Positions 1-7,670 are shown, counted from the stretch's first letter. The stretch is 16,217 nucleotides of DNA from an uncultured bacterium (GCA_963977445.1 CAXBPH010000154.1:1-16217), one strand, 5' to 3'. The notes: a model not told the origin generated them from the sequence alone. A program made the numbers and translations.

Positions 1-54
1 GAAGGTGAAGGTGAAGGTGAAGGCGAAGGCGAAGGCGAAGGCGAAGGCGAAGGC
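1..54 (+). repeat. Hexamer tandem repeat (GAAGGT)3(GAAGGC)6 encoding a Glu-Gly linker
   Basis: Read directly from the sequence; truncated by the window start. Confidence 0.95.
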
Positions 55-186
55 GGCGTGGAAGGATGTACCTTCAATATCAACGGTACGGTGAATGGCG
101 TCAAGGATTATGTCGCCGATATACTGCTCTTGGGAATGGCCATGATGACCCTGCTGGGCGTGAGCACCATGGGCATGAAGAAGTAG
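1..186 (+). CDS. 3' end (partial) of an EG-linker surface protein with a C-terminal membrane anchor or sorting-like tail
   Basis: Frame 1 reads (EG)9-GVEGCTFNINGTVNGVKDYVADILLLGMAMMTLLGVSTMGMKK, stop TAG at 184-186. It has a hydrophobic segment followed by KK, and a terminator hairpin follows. Not in the ORF track because the start lies outside the window. Confidence 0.85.
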   Translation, partial: EGEGEGEGEGEGEGEGEGGVEGCTFNINGTVNGVKDYVADILLLGMAMMTLLGVSTMGMKK

Positions 187-204
187 CACGTAACAATCTA
201 AGTC

Positions 205-244
205 AATGGGCCCGCGCCGCGATATCGTGACGCGGGCCCATTTT
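205..244. terminator. Intrinsic terminator hairpin between convergent genes, possibly bidirectional
   Basis: AATGGGCCCGCG (205-216) and CGCGGGCCCATT (231-242) form a perfect 12-bp inverted repeat with further inner pairing. TTTT lies at 241-244. It sits between the stop at 186 (+) and the rtcB stop at 246 (-). Confidence 0.85.
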
Positions 245-245
245 G

Positions 246-1637
246 TCAGTCTTCGGCCGGTCCACCATCGGCCATGCGCACCAATTTCGGTTGGAAACGT
301 GCCAGGGGCTCGACGAGGTCGGCCTGGGCGGCCATGACCTGATTAATGTCTTTATAAACCGCAGGTACTTCATCGAGCCCCGCAGCAAGGAGCGTGACGC
401 CCCGTTCCCTAAGAAACGCCTGGGCATCGGACCATTGCAAGGTACGATAGGCCTGCTTGCGGCTCATCACACGCCCCGCACCATGGGCCGCGCTGTTCAA
501 CGACTCTGGTTGGCCCAATCCACGCACCACATACGCGGGGGTGGCCATGGAGCCCGGAATTATACCCAGGACACCCGCACCCGCCGGTGTCGCACCCTTT
601 CGGTGTACCACCACCTCTTCACCCTCGTGTTCTTCCTTCCAGGCGAAGTTATGGTGGTTTTCCACATCCAGAAGTACCTCCGCGCCCAACGCATCCACGA
701 TATGACGATGTATACAGGCGTGGTTGCCCGCGGCATAGTGGCCCATGAGGCTCATGGCCGCCCAATACTCTTGTCCGTCTTCGCTGTCGAGATCCAACCA
801 GGCGAGATGCTTCAATTCCTTCGGCAGACCCGGGTGACGGAGCATGGCCCGCTGGCTGTATTCCTGGCAGACCGACGCACCGGTACCGCGACTTCCACTA
901 TGGCTCAACAGGGCAAGATAGGTGCCCGCTGGAATACCCAGCCCATCGTGGTCCACGGTATACGCACCATATTCCACAAAATGGTTCCCGCCACCACTCG
1001 AGCCCAACTGCGACCACGCCTTGTCTTTCAGGCGATTGGTCGTGGGGGTCACCGACCAGTCCCGATCCATCACGTCATGCTGTCGACGGGTAGTAAAGTG
1101 GGCACCAATACCAAAGCGGGTTTCATCAAGGAGTACCTTGGTCAAGGTTTCGCCATCCTCCTGCAGTCGTTCCACCGGCAGGTCCAACACACTTAATTTG
1201 ACGCGACACGCAATATCCACACCCACGGCATAGGGGATGACGGCCCCCTTGGTTGCCAACACGCCACCAATAGGGAGTCCGTACCCGAGGTGAGCATCGG
1301 GCATCAATGCACCACGGACCGCAATGGGCAATTCGCAGGCATGCATCATCTGTTGCACGGACTGAGGCTCCAGATCGACGCCCCACTGACGATAGGGTGC
1401 CGGAACTTCCCGAGCCACGAAGTGGGCCGCCGATTCTTTGTGTTCCATCAAGGCTCGGGCCAGTTCACCAACGTGGGGAGCGTCCTGATAGTCCTCCGGC
1501 ATGCTCCATACCTTGGTCAAGAGGCCGCCTAGATCCTGTTTCCGCGTGCCCGATTGACGTGCTGCGGCGAGTGATCGCTGCGCAAGTTTAAGCAGATGCT
1601 TTGGAATCCCGATAGCCGTTATTTCACGTGATTTCAT
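246..1637 (-). CDS. rtcB: RtcB family RNA ligase (3'-phosphate/2',3'-cyclic phosphate to 5'-OH), 463 aa, with an ~80-aa N-terminal extension
   Basis: Motifs MPDAHLGYGLPIG, VGVDIAC, GGGNHFVE, HSGSRG, HHNFA, VHRKGATP, IPGSM, SAAHGAGR (guanylylated His) and DEVPAVYKDI. Start moved to ATG 1637 (MKSREIT), which follows AAAGGGG and overlaps the end of rtcA by 14 nt. Confidence 0.96.
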   Translation of the reverse strand: MKSREITAIGIPKHLLKLAQRSLAAARQSGTRKQDLGGLLTKVWSMPEDYQDAPHVGELARALMEHKESAAHFVAREVPAPYRQWGVDLEPQSVQQMMHACELPIAVRGALMPDAHLGYGLPIGGVLATKGAVIPYAVGVDIACRVKLSVLDLPVERLQEDGETLTKVLLDETRFGIGAHFTTRRQHDVMDRDWSVTPTTNRLKDKAWSQLGSSGGGNHFVEYGAYTVDHDGLGIPAGTYLALLSHSGSRGTGASVCQEYSQRAMLRHPGLPKELKHLAWLDLDSEDGQEYWAAMSLMGHYAAGNHACIHRHIVDALGAEVLLDVENHHNFAWKEEHEGEEVVVHRKGATPAGAGVLGIIPGSMATPAYVVRGLGQPESLNSAAHGAGRVMSRKQAYRTLQWSDAQAFLRERGVTLLAAGLDEVPAVYKDINQVMAAQADLVEPLARFQPKLVRMADGGPAED

Positions 1638-2691
1638 GGGATGCCCCTTTCGTATTGTTCGTCGCAACCACCAGATCCCATCGATAGGCATCCACGGGGT
1701 TCGCGCTAATGTCTACATCAATAAACTGTTGGATAATCGCTATATTTGTTGTCGCATGCAGGCTCGGCCTACCCGTGCGGAAGCGTCCCCCGGCACCGAT
1801 AGCCATGGGCAGCAACAACTGGTCCGCCAGATGTTCACCCACCGGTGCCTCCGCGCGACGATAGGCCTGCAGTTCGCGGGCCACCGTAGTGGCCACCTTT
1901 TCCGCCGAAATGCCTTTCTGACCGATAGCCGTGAATACTTCCGTTATTTCACGGCCCTGCGCGAAAATCTGGGCCACATTTCCGGTACCAAGGCCCTCCA
2001 CATAACGTGTTTCGAGTGCCTCTTCCGACAAACCCATTTTCCGTTGGATGACAGCGAGTTCTCGTTCGGCGATATGTTCGGGTAATTTCGATGGGGTAGC
2101 TACGGCACGAATCGTTTCGATGCCATGCCACGCTTCCATCACATAGGGCTTCCAGTCAGATACCGGCGTGATATCAGCCACAATCACGCCACCACCCTCC
2201 GGGTAAAAACCGACACCTTCGACGTGTAGATTCACCGCCGCACCCATACGCGCCAGTTGGGGCAGGAAGGTGTGCTTCAAAAACTCCACCGACGGTGCCA
2301 TGGGATTGTGGGTGCCACCAACGATGCGGACCTGCGATGGGCTATCCGCAAAGAGCAGTGGGGGCAACACGGTCTGGAGTACCAGGGTCGTGCTGCCGGC
2401 CGTGCCGATGTCCACATGATAGTTACCGGAACACAGTGCTCCCGGCGCAAAGGTTAGTTCCATCGACCCCACCGAATCACCCGCCAGATCGGCGTCACAT
2501 AGCTGAGCCGCCGCCCGAACGCAGGCCAGGTGCTGAGGCCGCAAGCCCGGCTGCTTCCGTCGCGCCCGAATGTCATAGATACGAAAGGGCTGTCCCGTGA
2601 TGACAGAGAGGGAGAGGCTCGTGCGGAGCACCTGCCCGCCCCCTTCGCCCGCTGCCCCATTGATATCGATTGCTTCCATCGTCGTGTTCAT
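1624..2691 (-). CDS. rtcA: RNA 3'-terminal phosphate cyclase RtcA, ~355 aa
   Basis: Motifs GEGGGQVLRTSLSLS, RARRKQPGLRPQHL, GGTHNPMAP, GFYPEGGG and VGEHLADQLLLPMA (adenylylated His). Adjacent to rtcB. Start is ATG 2691 or ATG 2679. Confidence 0.96.
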   Translation of the reverse strand: MNTTMEAIDINGAAGEGGGQVLRTSLSLSVITGQPFRIYDIRARRKQPGLRPQHLACVRAAAQLCDADLAGDSVGSMELTFAPGALCSGNYHVDIGTAGSTTLVLQTVLPPLLFADSPSQVRIVGGTHNPMAPSVEFLKHTFLPQLARMGAAVNLHVEGVGFYPEGGGVIVADITPVSDWKPYVMEAWHGIETIRAVATPSKLPEHIAERELAVIQRKMGLSEEALETRYVEGLGTGNVAQIFAQGREITEVFTAIGQKGISAEKVATTVARELQAYRRAEAPVGEHLADQLLLPMAIGAGGRFRTGRPSLHATTNIAIIQQFIDVDISANPVDAYRWDLVVATNNTKGASHEIT

Positions 2692-2695
2692 GAGT

Positions 2696-4255
2696 TTATC
2701 CAATGTTCTTCTCCAGGGCCCATCGTTCTACCATACGCCATTCCCTGGCTTCAGGGGCACGATTGGCCTTACCGCGCACTTCAGCGACCATGCGCCGTTC
2801 CGGTATATACTCCACCGTGAGGCACCGCTTTCCATTGCACCGGAGCGAAAAAATGGCCTTCGCACCACGGCGACAACTGTTGAGATAGGTCCGCACGCAG
2901 TGGTGCATTTCCCGTCCTTCCTCAAAGAGATCACCGCCACTCCGCAACTCCACCATCTCCCAGTGCCACACCATCTTCTCCGCGTCCTCTTTTCGATAGT
3001 ACCAATCCAGGTCATGTCCATCCCAGACGTCGCCCATTTCCTCGCGTCCGTGTTTCGCGGCTCCCTTCATGGGCGCATTCAGCATGTCGTGCCATTCTTC
3101 CACCCCCTGCAACAGGGCCTGGGGAGAGCGACCCGTAATACAAAATGATTCGTCTCGCTCGCGGACCGCCTGCACATAGTGCACGATAGGTCCATAGTGG
3201 GCCGAGTCGAGCATGGGGTGGTTCAAAAACCACCCCATCACCTGTTGCCAGAAAGCATGCTCGCCTTGATCAATCAACGAAACAACCGGTACATCGGTTC
3301 TTTCGATAGCCTCGAAGAAGCGCCGGTCGCCACCCAGTGCAATGACCTGGCCCCAGCGAATCGCCTGTTCAATCGTGAATCCGGCGGGAGCAGACATCAT
3401 CTGGTGAGCCATGCGCTTTGTCAAGGGAAAGGGAAGTTCCGTCATCTGGCGAATGTTCTTCCCCGTGCCGAGACCAACATACCAGGCCGTCCAATTGCCT
3501 TCGGGACGTAACCAGACGCTGTCCATCATCAACGCAATGGGATAGTGGGCAAACAAGTGACGCAGCAGCTCGCCGAATTGCCGTTCAGCATTGCGACTCC
3601 GGGCCTTCCAATCCTCCAGGGGACGTACGTAGTGAGCACGATGGCGTGCAATACGCATGAGGGCCACGTGGTAGCGATTGTACAAATCTGGTCCATAGTA
3701 GGGGATCACATACCCATCATCCCGGAGGAACTTCGTGTTGTGGCAGTGCCGCACCAAGGCCTCATAGGCCGCGTAGCTATCCTTATTCATGGGAACCAGT
3801 TCCTTCGCCTCCTCATAGGTCCAGGCGCTGTTCCCTTTTCGTTGCTTGCTGCGACTCTTCTGGTGCTCGCGAGCCCGTCGTAGTTCCGCCTCCCGTTCGG
3901 CCATGATTCCCGATAGGGTGCGGGGCGCTTCGGGTGTCAGGATCTCGCGCCGAAGGGTGGTGCCCTCCCGAAAACAGAGGTACCGTTCCCGCCGCTCGCC
4001 CAAGCGAAGCGTCACCAACACCATACCGCCGTGCTTGTCCGTACCCGTGGCCTCAAGGCGGATCAGGCCACTTTTTTGCGCGCTGAGCTGGAGAATACAG
4101 CGCGTGCCCTCAATCACCAGTCCCGGGCGGAATTTACGGGGACGCCACCACGCCCCTTCCTGTAGTGGGGTGGTCATATCCTGTTTTTCCACGGCGAAAG
4201 TAGCCCCGATCGCCTTAAATTCCCGTTGTAATGCACGCACATCCATTGCTCTCAT
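2696..4255 (-). CDS. PcfJ-domain-containing protein with an extra N-terminal domain, ~519 aa
   Basis: The C-terminal signature LFEEGREMHHCVRTYLNSCRRGAKAIFSLR...CLTVE...VAEVRGKANR matches my recollection of the PcfJ-like family. The stop is 4 nt from the rtcA ATG. An alternative start at ATG 4246 has a better-spaced AAGGA. Confidence 0.8.
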   Translation of the reverse strand: MRAMDVRALQREFKAIGATFAVEKQDMTTPLQEGAWWRPRKFRPGLVIEGTRCILQLSAQKSGLIRLEATGTDKHGGMVLVTLRLGERRERYLCFREGTTLRREILTPEAPRTLSGIMAEREAELRRAREHQKSRSKQRKGNSAWTYEEAKELVPMNKDSYAAYEALVRHCHNTKFLRDDGYVIPYYGPDLYNRYHVALMRIARHRAHYVRPLEDWKARSRNAERQFGELLRHLFAHYPIALMMDSVWLRPEGNWTAWYVGLGTGKNIRQMTELPFPLTKRMAHQMMSAPAGFTIEQAIRWGQVIALGGDRRFFEAIERTDVPVVSLIDQGEHAFWQQVMGWFLNHPMLDSAHYGPIVHYVQAVRERDESFCITGRSPQALLQGVEEWHDMLNAPMKGAAKHGREEMGDVWDGHDLDWYYRKEDAEKMVWHWEMVELRSGGDLFEEGREMHHCVRTYLNSCRRGAKAIFSLRCNGKRCLTVEYIPERRMVAEVRGKANRAPEAREWRMVERWALEKNIG

Positions 4256-4280
4256 CCTTTTTCTCGATACAGGAAGTATT

Positions 4281-4296
4281 ATCCAGAATCATGCCA
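4281..4296 (-). promoter_or_regulatory. Candidate sigma54 (-24/-12)-like promoter of the PcfJ-rtcA-rtcB operon
   Basis: The minus strand reads TGGCATGATTCTGGAT against the consensus TGGCACGNNNNTTGCW. The -24 box is good; the -12 box has GA instead of GC. It lies 25 nt upstream of the first ATG, and rtc operons are sigma54-driven in E. coli and Salmonella. Confidence 0.4.
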
Positions 4297-4456
4297 AGGA
4301 TGGTTGGGGCTATAAGTCTCGCATAATAAAGGGGTTACGCGTATTGGTGCGGTGGTTTTGTTTAAGTGGCGTGATAAAAATAGAGAAGAAAGTATACAAA
4401 AATAGAAAATGAAGTGGAGGTTACGGTCTGTGACGGCGGGTTCAAAAAAATATGGT

Positions 4457-4486
4457 CTGACACCCGGCTCGAAAAACCGTTATAGT
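4457..4486 (+). promoter_or_regulatory. Candidate sigma70-type promoter for the 4551 gene
   Basis: CTGACA (4457-4462), 18-nt spacer, TATAGT (4481-4486). A strong GGGAGG RBS lies just before ATG 4551. Confidence 0.45.
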
Positions 4487-4550
4487 AAATAGAACGACGC
4501 CACACAGGTTTCGACTCAATCACAATAATAAAAACAGGGAGGCAAGTTCG

Positions 4551-5168
4551 ATGATACGAATTGGCATCATTTCGGGGGGCATCATCGCAATTTTCCTTGG
4601 ACTCGCTGCGGTGGCAGGCTTCCATGGGGCCGAAGCCAAGACAGAACGCCTTGAGGCCAAAGCAGACGACTTCACCCTCACGATTGCGACCGAGAAACCC
4701 ACCATCACCCTGGGCGAAGCGCCGGTCATCACCGCAACGCTCACCAATAAATCAGGCCGCCCAGTCACCCTGGTGCCCGCCCTGGACGGCTCATCCCATG
4801 CGCTGCGTTCACCCTATGTGACGTTTGAAATAATGCCTCCGGAAGGTGTCCCGGAACCGGGCTTCAGAGGGCGCTGCGGCAATACCAACAATATCCAACT
4901 GGAAGACTTCGTTGCCGTGGCCGACGGAGGCACGATGGACCCCATGGGCAATTGGCTCCGCCTCTGGGAGGGCGAGTTTACGGGGCCCGGTGAATACATT
5001 ATCAAGCTCCACTACGATACCGGCGGCAACGCAAAAAGCTGGTTTGGCTTCATGGGCCCGCTCAAAAGTAAATCGGCCATACGCAAGCGTCTTCAGGACG
5101 TTCCGCGCATGTCACTCACGAGTAACCAAGTGACACTACGGGTCGTCGCGCCGGACAAAACGCCGTGA
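4551..5168 (+). CDS. Secreted or membrane-tethered hypothetical protein, 205 aa, probable Ig-like beta-sandwich
   Basis: GGGAGG RBS, an N-terminal hydrophobic signal ending AEA, and a beta-rich pattern (LTIAT..ITLGE..ITATLTN..VTLV...PGEYIIKLHY...LTSNQVTLRV) with an internal RCGNTN...EDFV motif. Confidence 0.8.
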   Translation: MIRIGIISGGIIAIFLGLAAVAGFHGAEAKTERLEAKADDFTLTIATEKPTITLGEAPVITATLTNKSGRPVTLVPALDGSSHALRSPYVTFEIMPPEGVPEPGFRGRCGNTNNIQLEDFVAVADGGTMDPMGNWLRLWEGEFTGPGEYIIKLHYDTGGNAKSWFGFMGPLKSKSAIRKRLQDVPRMSLTSNQVTLRVVAPDKTP

Positions 5169-5215
5169 GTGAGGCCCCGAGTAAAGAAACCACGGGGGGA
5201 AGTGTTGGTCCCTGA

Positions 5216-5263
5216 GAATTTCCGGTGGCAGGGCAATACACGGTGCGTCTCACCTACGATACG
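5216..5263 (+). pseudogene. Short decayed fragment paralogous to the 4551-5168 gene
   Basis: Translates as EFPVAGQYTVRLTYDT against EFTGPGEYIIKLHYDT (4974-5021), 8/16 identical without gaps. An in-frame TGA at 5213-5215 precedes it. Confidence 0.45.
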
Positions 5264-5295
5264 ACCCAAGATACAACCCGGTCGACTACAAACCA

Positions 5296-7626
5296 CTATT
5301 CTTTCTTCAGCTTGAAACTGTCCATCACATCACCCAAACGTCCATTGGGCAGCACTTCCTGGGCTGTGAACGTCAGCGTCTTACCGTCGACGCGCACGTC
5401 GCAATAGTGGTGACGGTATAGCGTACCTTCATCCGGTTCATCACTGTCAGGAACCGCAGGATGGTCGGGTATATCCATCTTGCCCCATTCCTTGTCCTTG
5501 TGGTTGTCCAGGCCGCCACCACCGCCGCCCGTAATGATATAGGTGATGCCGTTGCCCGCTTCCGTGTCGGGGTGGGGAAGGCCTCGCTCATACGCATGGG
5601 TATGGCCATTGAAAACCATATCGACATCATAGGTTTCCAGAATCGGAACGACCGCATTGCGGATGAAATCTTCGCCGTCGTAGTAGCCGCCACTCCAAGT
5701 CTGTGCAAAGGCGGGCTCATGGTAGAAAACAAAGGTCCAGTCATGTTTGCCAAGATTGGCTTTTAAATCGCTTTCCAGCCACAACAACTGGGGATCATCC
5801 TGGACGACCGTATTACCCAGCGCGGCGTCTTTGTGGGGCATCCACTTCATTTTCAGGGGCTCCAGGATGACAAAGTGGGCATTACCATAGTCGAAGGAAT
5901 ACCAGTACTTGTTGCTTCCGGGTGAGGTCATGGGGTGCTTGAAATAATATTCCCACGCCAATACATCGGGGTTACCATCGTAACCGCCGTACTCGTGGTT
6001 ACCCATGGCGATAAAACTCGGCTTGGTGCTCTGGAAATGGCGGGCGGGCATGAGGTACTGATAGGTCCACTCGTCCCAGTTGATGCCCCGGTCCACCACG
6101 TCACCCACACTCATGACAAAGTCGGCGTCTGTGGCACCCATGGCTTTACATACCCGCTCGGACATGCGATAGCCACTCTGATTGTCACCCCACACGAGGA
6201 AGTTCAACGGGGCGTCACCTGCTGGAGCCGTAGTAAAGGAATAGGACTTGGTGGTGCGACGACCGGCCGTGACCTGGTAGCTATAGGTCGTGGCAGGCTT
6301 CAAGTCCCCCAGGGTAATTTTGTGGATACCCTCATAACTCTCCTTTTCCCGAGTCACCGTTCCAAGGTCCTGCGCCCCATAGGCCACCGAACACGGGATG
6401 GGGCCACTGGTCTCAAAGCATACGGTAATCTCATTCGGGCGCACATCCTGCAAGTAAGTCTGGGTGAGGAGGACCGGGTCAGATTGAACGCTTTCCTCCA
6501 GCGTGTAGTACGCCTCTTCAAGGGCATACATCTTTTCGCTCAAGGTTGGCAGGTCATTCATCGCGTTCTTCAGCGGCGCGACAAGGGCCTTCATTTCCGA
6601 GACCCATTCACCGTTGGGCATATCATGGGACCGCATCGTGGTAGCAAGGCGGTTGAGATAGAGTTGAATGTCCCGTTTGAGAGAAAGACCTTCGTCTACT
6701 TCAGGGAGACGCCACGTGGCCTGCTTCAGTTTTCCTGAGCCCCACCGATTACGAATGCGGAAGGCCACATGAATGGTATCCCCCGGCTTAATGCCTTCAG
6801 GTAAGGCAAAGACACTTCCCCGAAAATCTTTTTCCACTTCTTCGACCATCACGCCGTTTATATAGCAGGCCGCCGGATCGTCGAAGTCCAGGGCGAGCAG
6901 GGGCCCGTTGGCACGTGTATCAACACCCTTGATGTTCGTGGGTACGGTCAGCGTTCCCCGATACAGGGCCTTCACATCATCGCCGGGCCACGGATCACCC
7001 ACCTTGACCGTTTCCCAATTGTTGTCGTCGAAATCTACGGCAAAGGCCGCATCGGGTGTCTCGCCGACCAGGCGCTTCCACGGGTTAATCGATTCCCCGT
7101 AGTCGGTGATGGTGGCAAAGAGACCATTGGCTTCGGCGAGGGCCATCGTGAGACCCCGTGGCTCGCCCTGGAGCCAGACGCGATTCAATTCAGCGGGACC
7201 ATTTCCCTGGGTAAGACCGATAGCAAGTTTAACCGCGTCGCCACCCTGCGCGCCTTCCGGCAGGGCCAGGGCGTGGGTACCGTCCTCCTTCGACGTGCCA
7301 ATCAACGTGCCGTTGGCATAGACCGCCAGCGGCCCTGTTCCTTCGATATGAAGAAAGAGAGCCTGGTCGGACCATTCTTTCGGCAGTTCGACCGAGGTCG
7401 TGAACCAGGCAAAGGGACGGGTACGCTCTATGTTCCAAGGGATTTCGACCAGAGCGACATCCTGCCAATGAATGTCGGGCAGTGTCTCTTCGATCTGATC
7501 TCGGGCCGCATAGCGCCACTCGTCGACCATCACCTGAACGGTCCGGTCGTATTCCCACGGTGTCTCAGCGAAACTGGTCGGGGAGAAACAGAAAAACAGA
7601 ATGAGAACGGCGCTGAGGAACTTCAC
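5296..7626 (-). CDS. Secreted multidomain calcineurin-like metallophosphoesterase (purple acid phosphatase-like C-terminal half; two putative jelly-roll sugar-binding domains at the N terminus), 776 aa
   Basis: Signal peptide MKFLSAVLILFFCFSPTSFA and a GGAG RBS before GTG. Metallophosphoesterase motifs WGDNQ, GDVVD, GNHE, YHEP, GHTHAYER and YIITGGGG. An FN3-like segment (HKITLGDLKPATTYSYQV) precedes the catalytic domain. The N-terminal segments AWFTTSVELP...VYANGTLIG and LYRGTLTVP...CYINGVMV resemble GH2-type sugar-binding domains. Confidence 0.88.
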   Translation of the reverse strand: MKFLSAVLILFFCFSPTSFAETPWEYDRTVQVMVDEWRYAARDQIEETLPDIHWQDVALVEIPWNIERTRPFAWFTTSVELPKEWSDQALFLHIEGTGPLAVYANGTLIGTSKEDGTHALALPEGAQGGDAVKLAIGLTQGNGPAELNRVWLQGEPRGLTMALAEANGLFATITDYGESINPWKRLVGETPDAAFAVDFDDNNWETVKVGDPWPGDDVKALYRGTLTVPTNIKGVDTRANGPLLALDFDDPAACYINGVMVEEVEKDFRGSVFALPEGIKPGDTIHVAFRIRNRWGSGKLKQATWRLPEVDEGLSLKRDIQLYLNRLATTMRSHDMPNGEWVSEMKALVAPLKNAMNDLPTLSEKMYALEEAYYTLEESVQSDPVLLTQTYLQDVRPNEITVCFETSGPIPCSVAYGAQDLGTVTREKESYEGIHKITLGDLKPATTYSYQVTAGRRTTKSYSFTTAPAGDAPLNFLVWGDNQSGYRMSERVCKAMGATDADFVMSVGDVVDRGINWDEWTYQYLMPARHFQSTKPSFIAMGNHEYGGYDGNPDVLAWEYYFKHPMTSPGSNKYWYSFDYGNAHFVILEPLKMKWMPHKDAALGNTVVQDDPQLLWLESDLKANLGKHDWTFVFYHEPAFAQTWSGGYYDGEDFIRNAVVPILETYDVDMVFNGHTHAYERGLPHPDTEAGNGITYIITGGGGGGLDNHKDKEWGKMDIPDHPAVPDSDEPDEGTLYRHHYCDVRVDGKTLTFTAQEVLPNGRLGDVMDSFKLKKE

Positions 7627-7670
7627 GGGGCATCTCCAGGAGCTTGGATTCGGAAAGATAAACTCTGGAG

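Noticed and set aside
243..1196. 317-aa plus-strand ORF, and similar long antisense ORFs (5935-6738, 8248-8895, 9413-9994, 12071-12802)
   Set aside because: Each lies opposite a motif-supported gene and has no recognisable motifs. They are shadow ORFs caused by GC-rich codon bias.
1638..1691. ORF-track N-terminal extensions of rtcB (to 1691), DegT (to 9147), sixA (to 13559) and the small ORF (from 9200)
   Set aside because: Downstream ATGs have clear RBSs and match the expected family N termini. The extensions overlap other genes or regulatory DNA.
187..4550. tRNA or Y RNA-like gene next to the rtc operon
   Set aside because: The intergenic gaps flanking the operon show no cloverleaf or T-loop in a tRNA-like context, and no Ro60/TROVE gene is present. 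A covariance-model search would be needed to exclude it fully.
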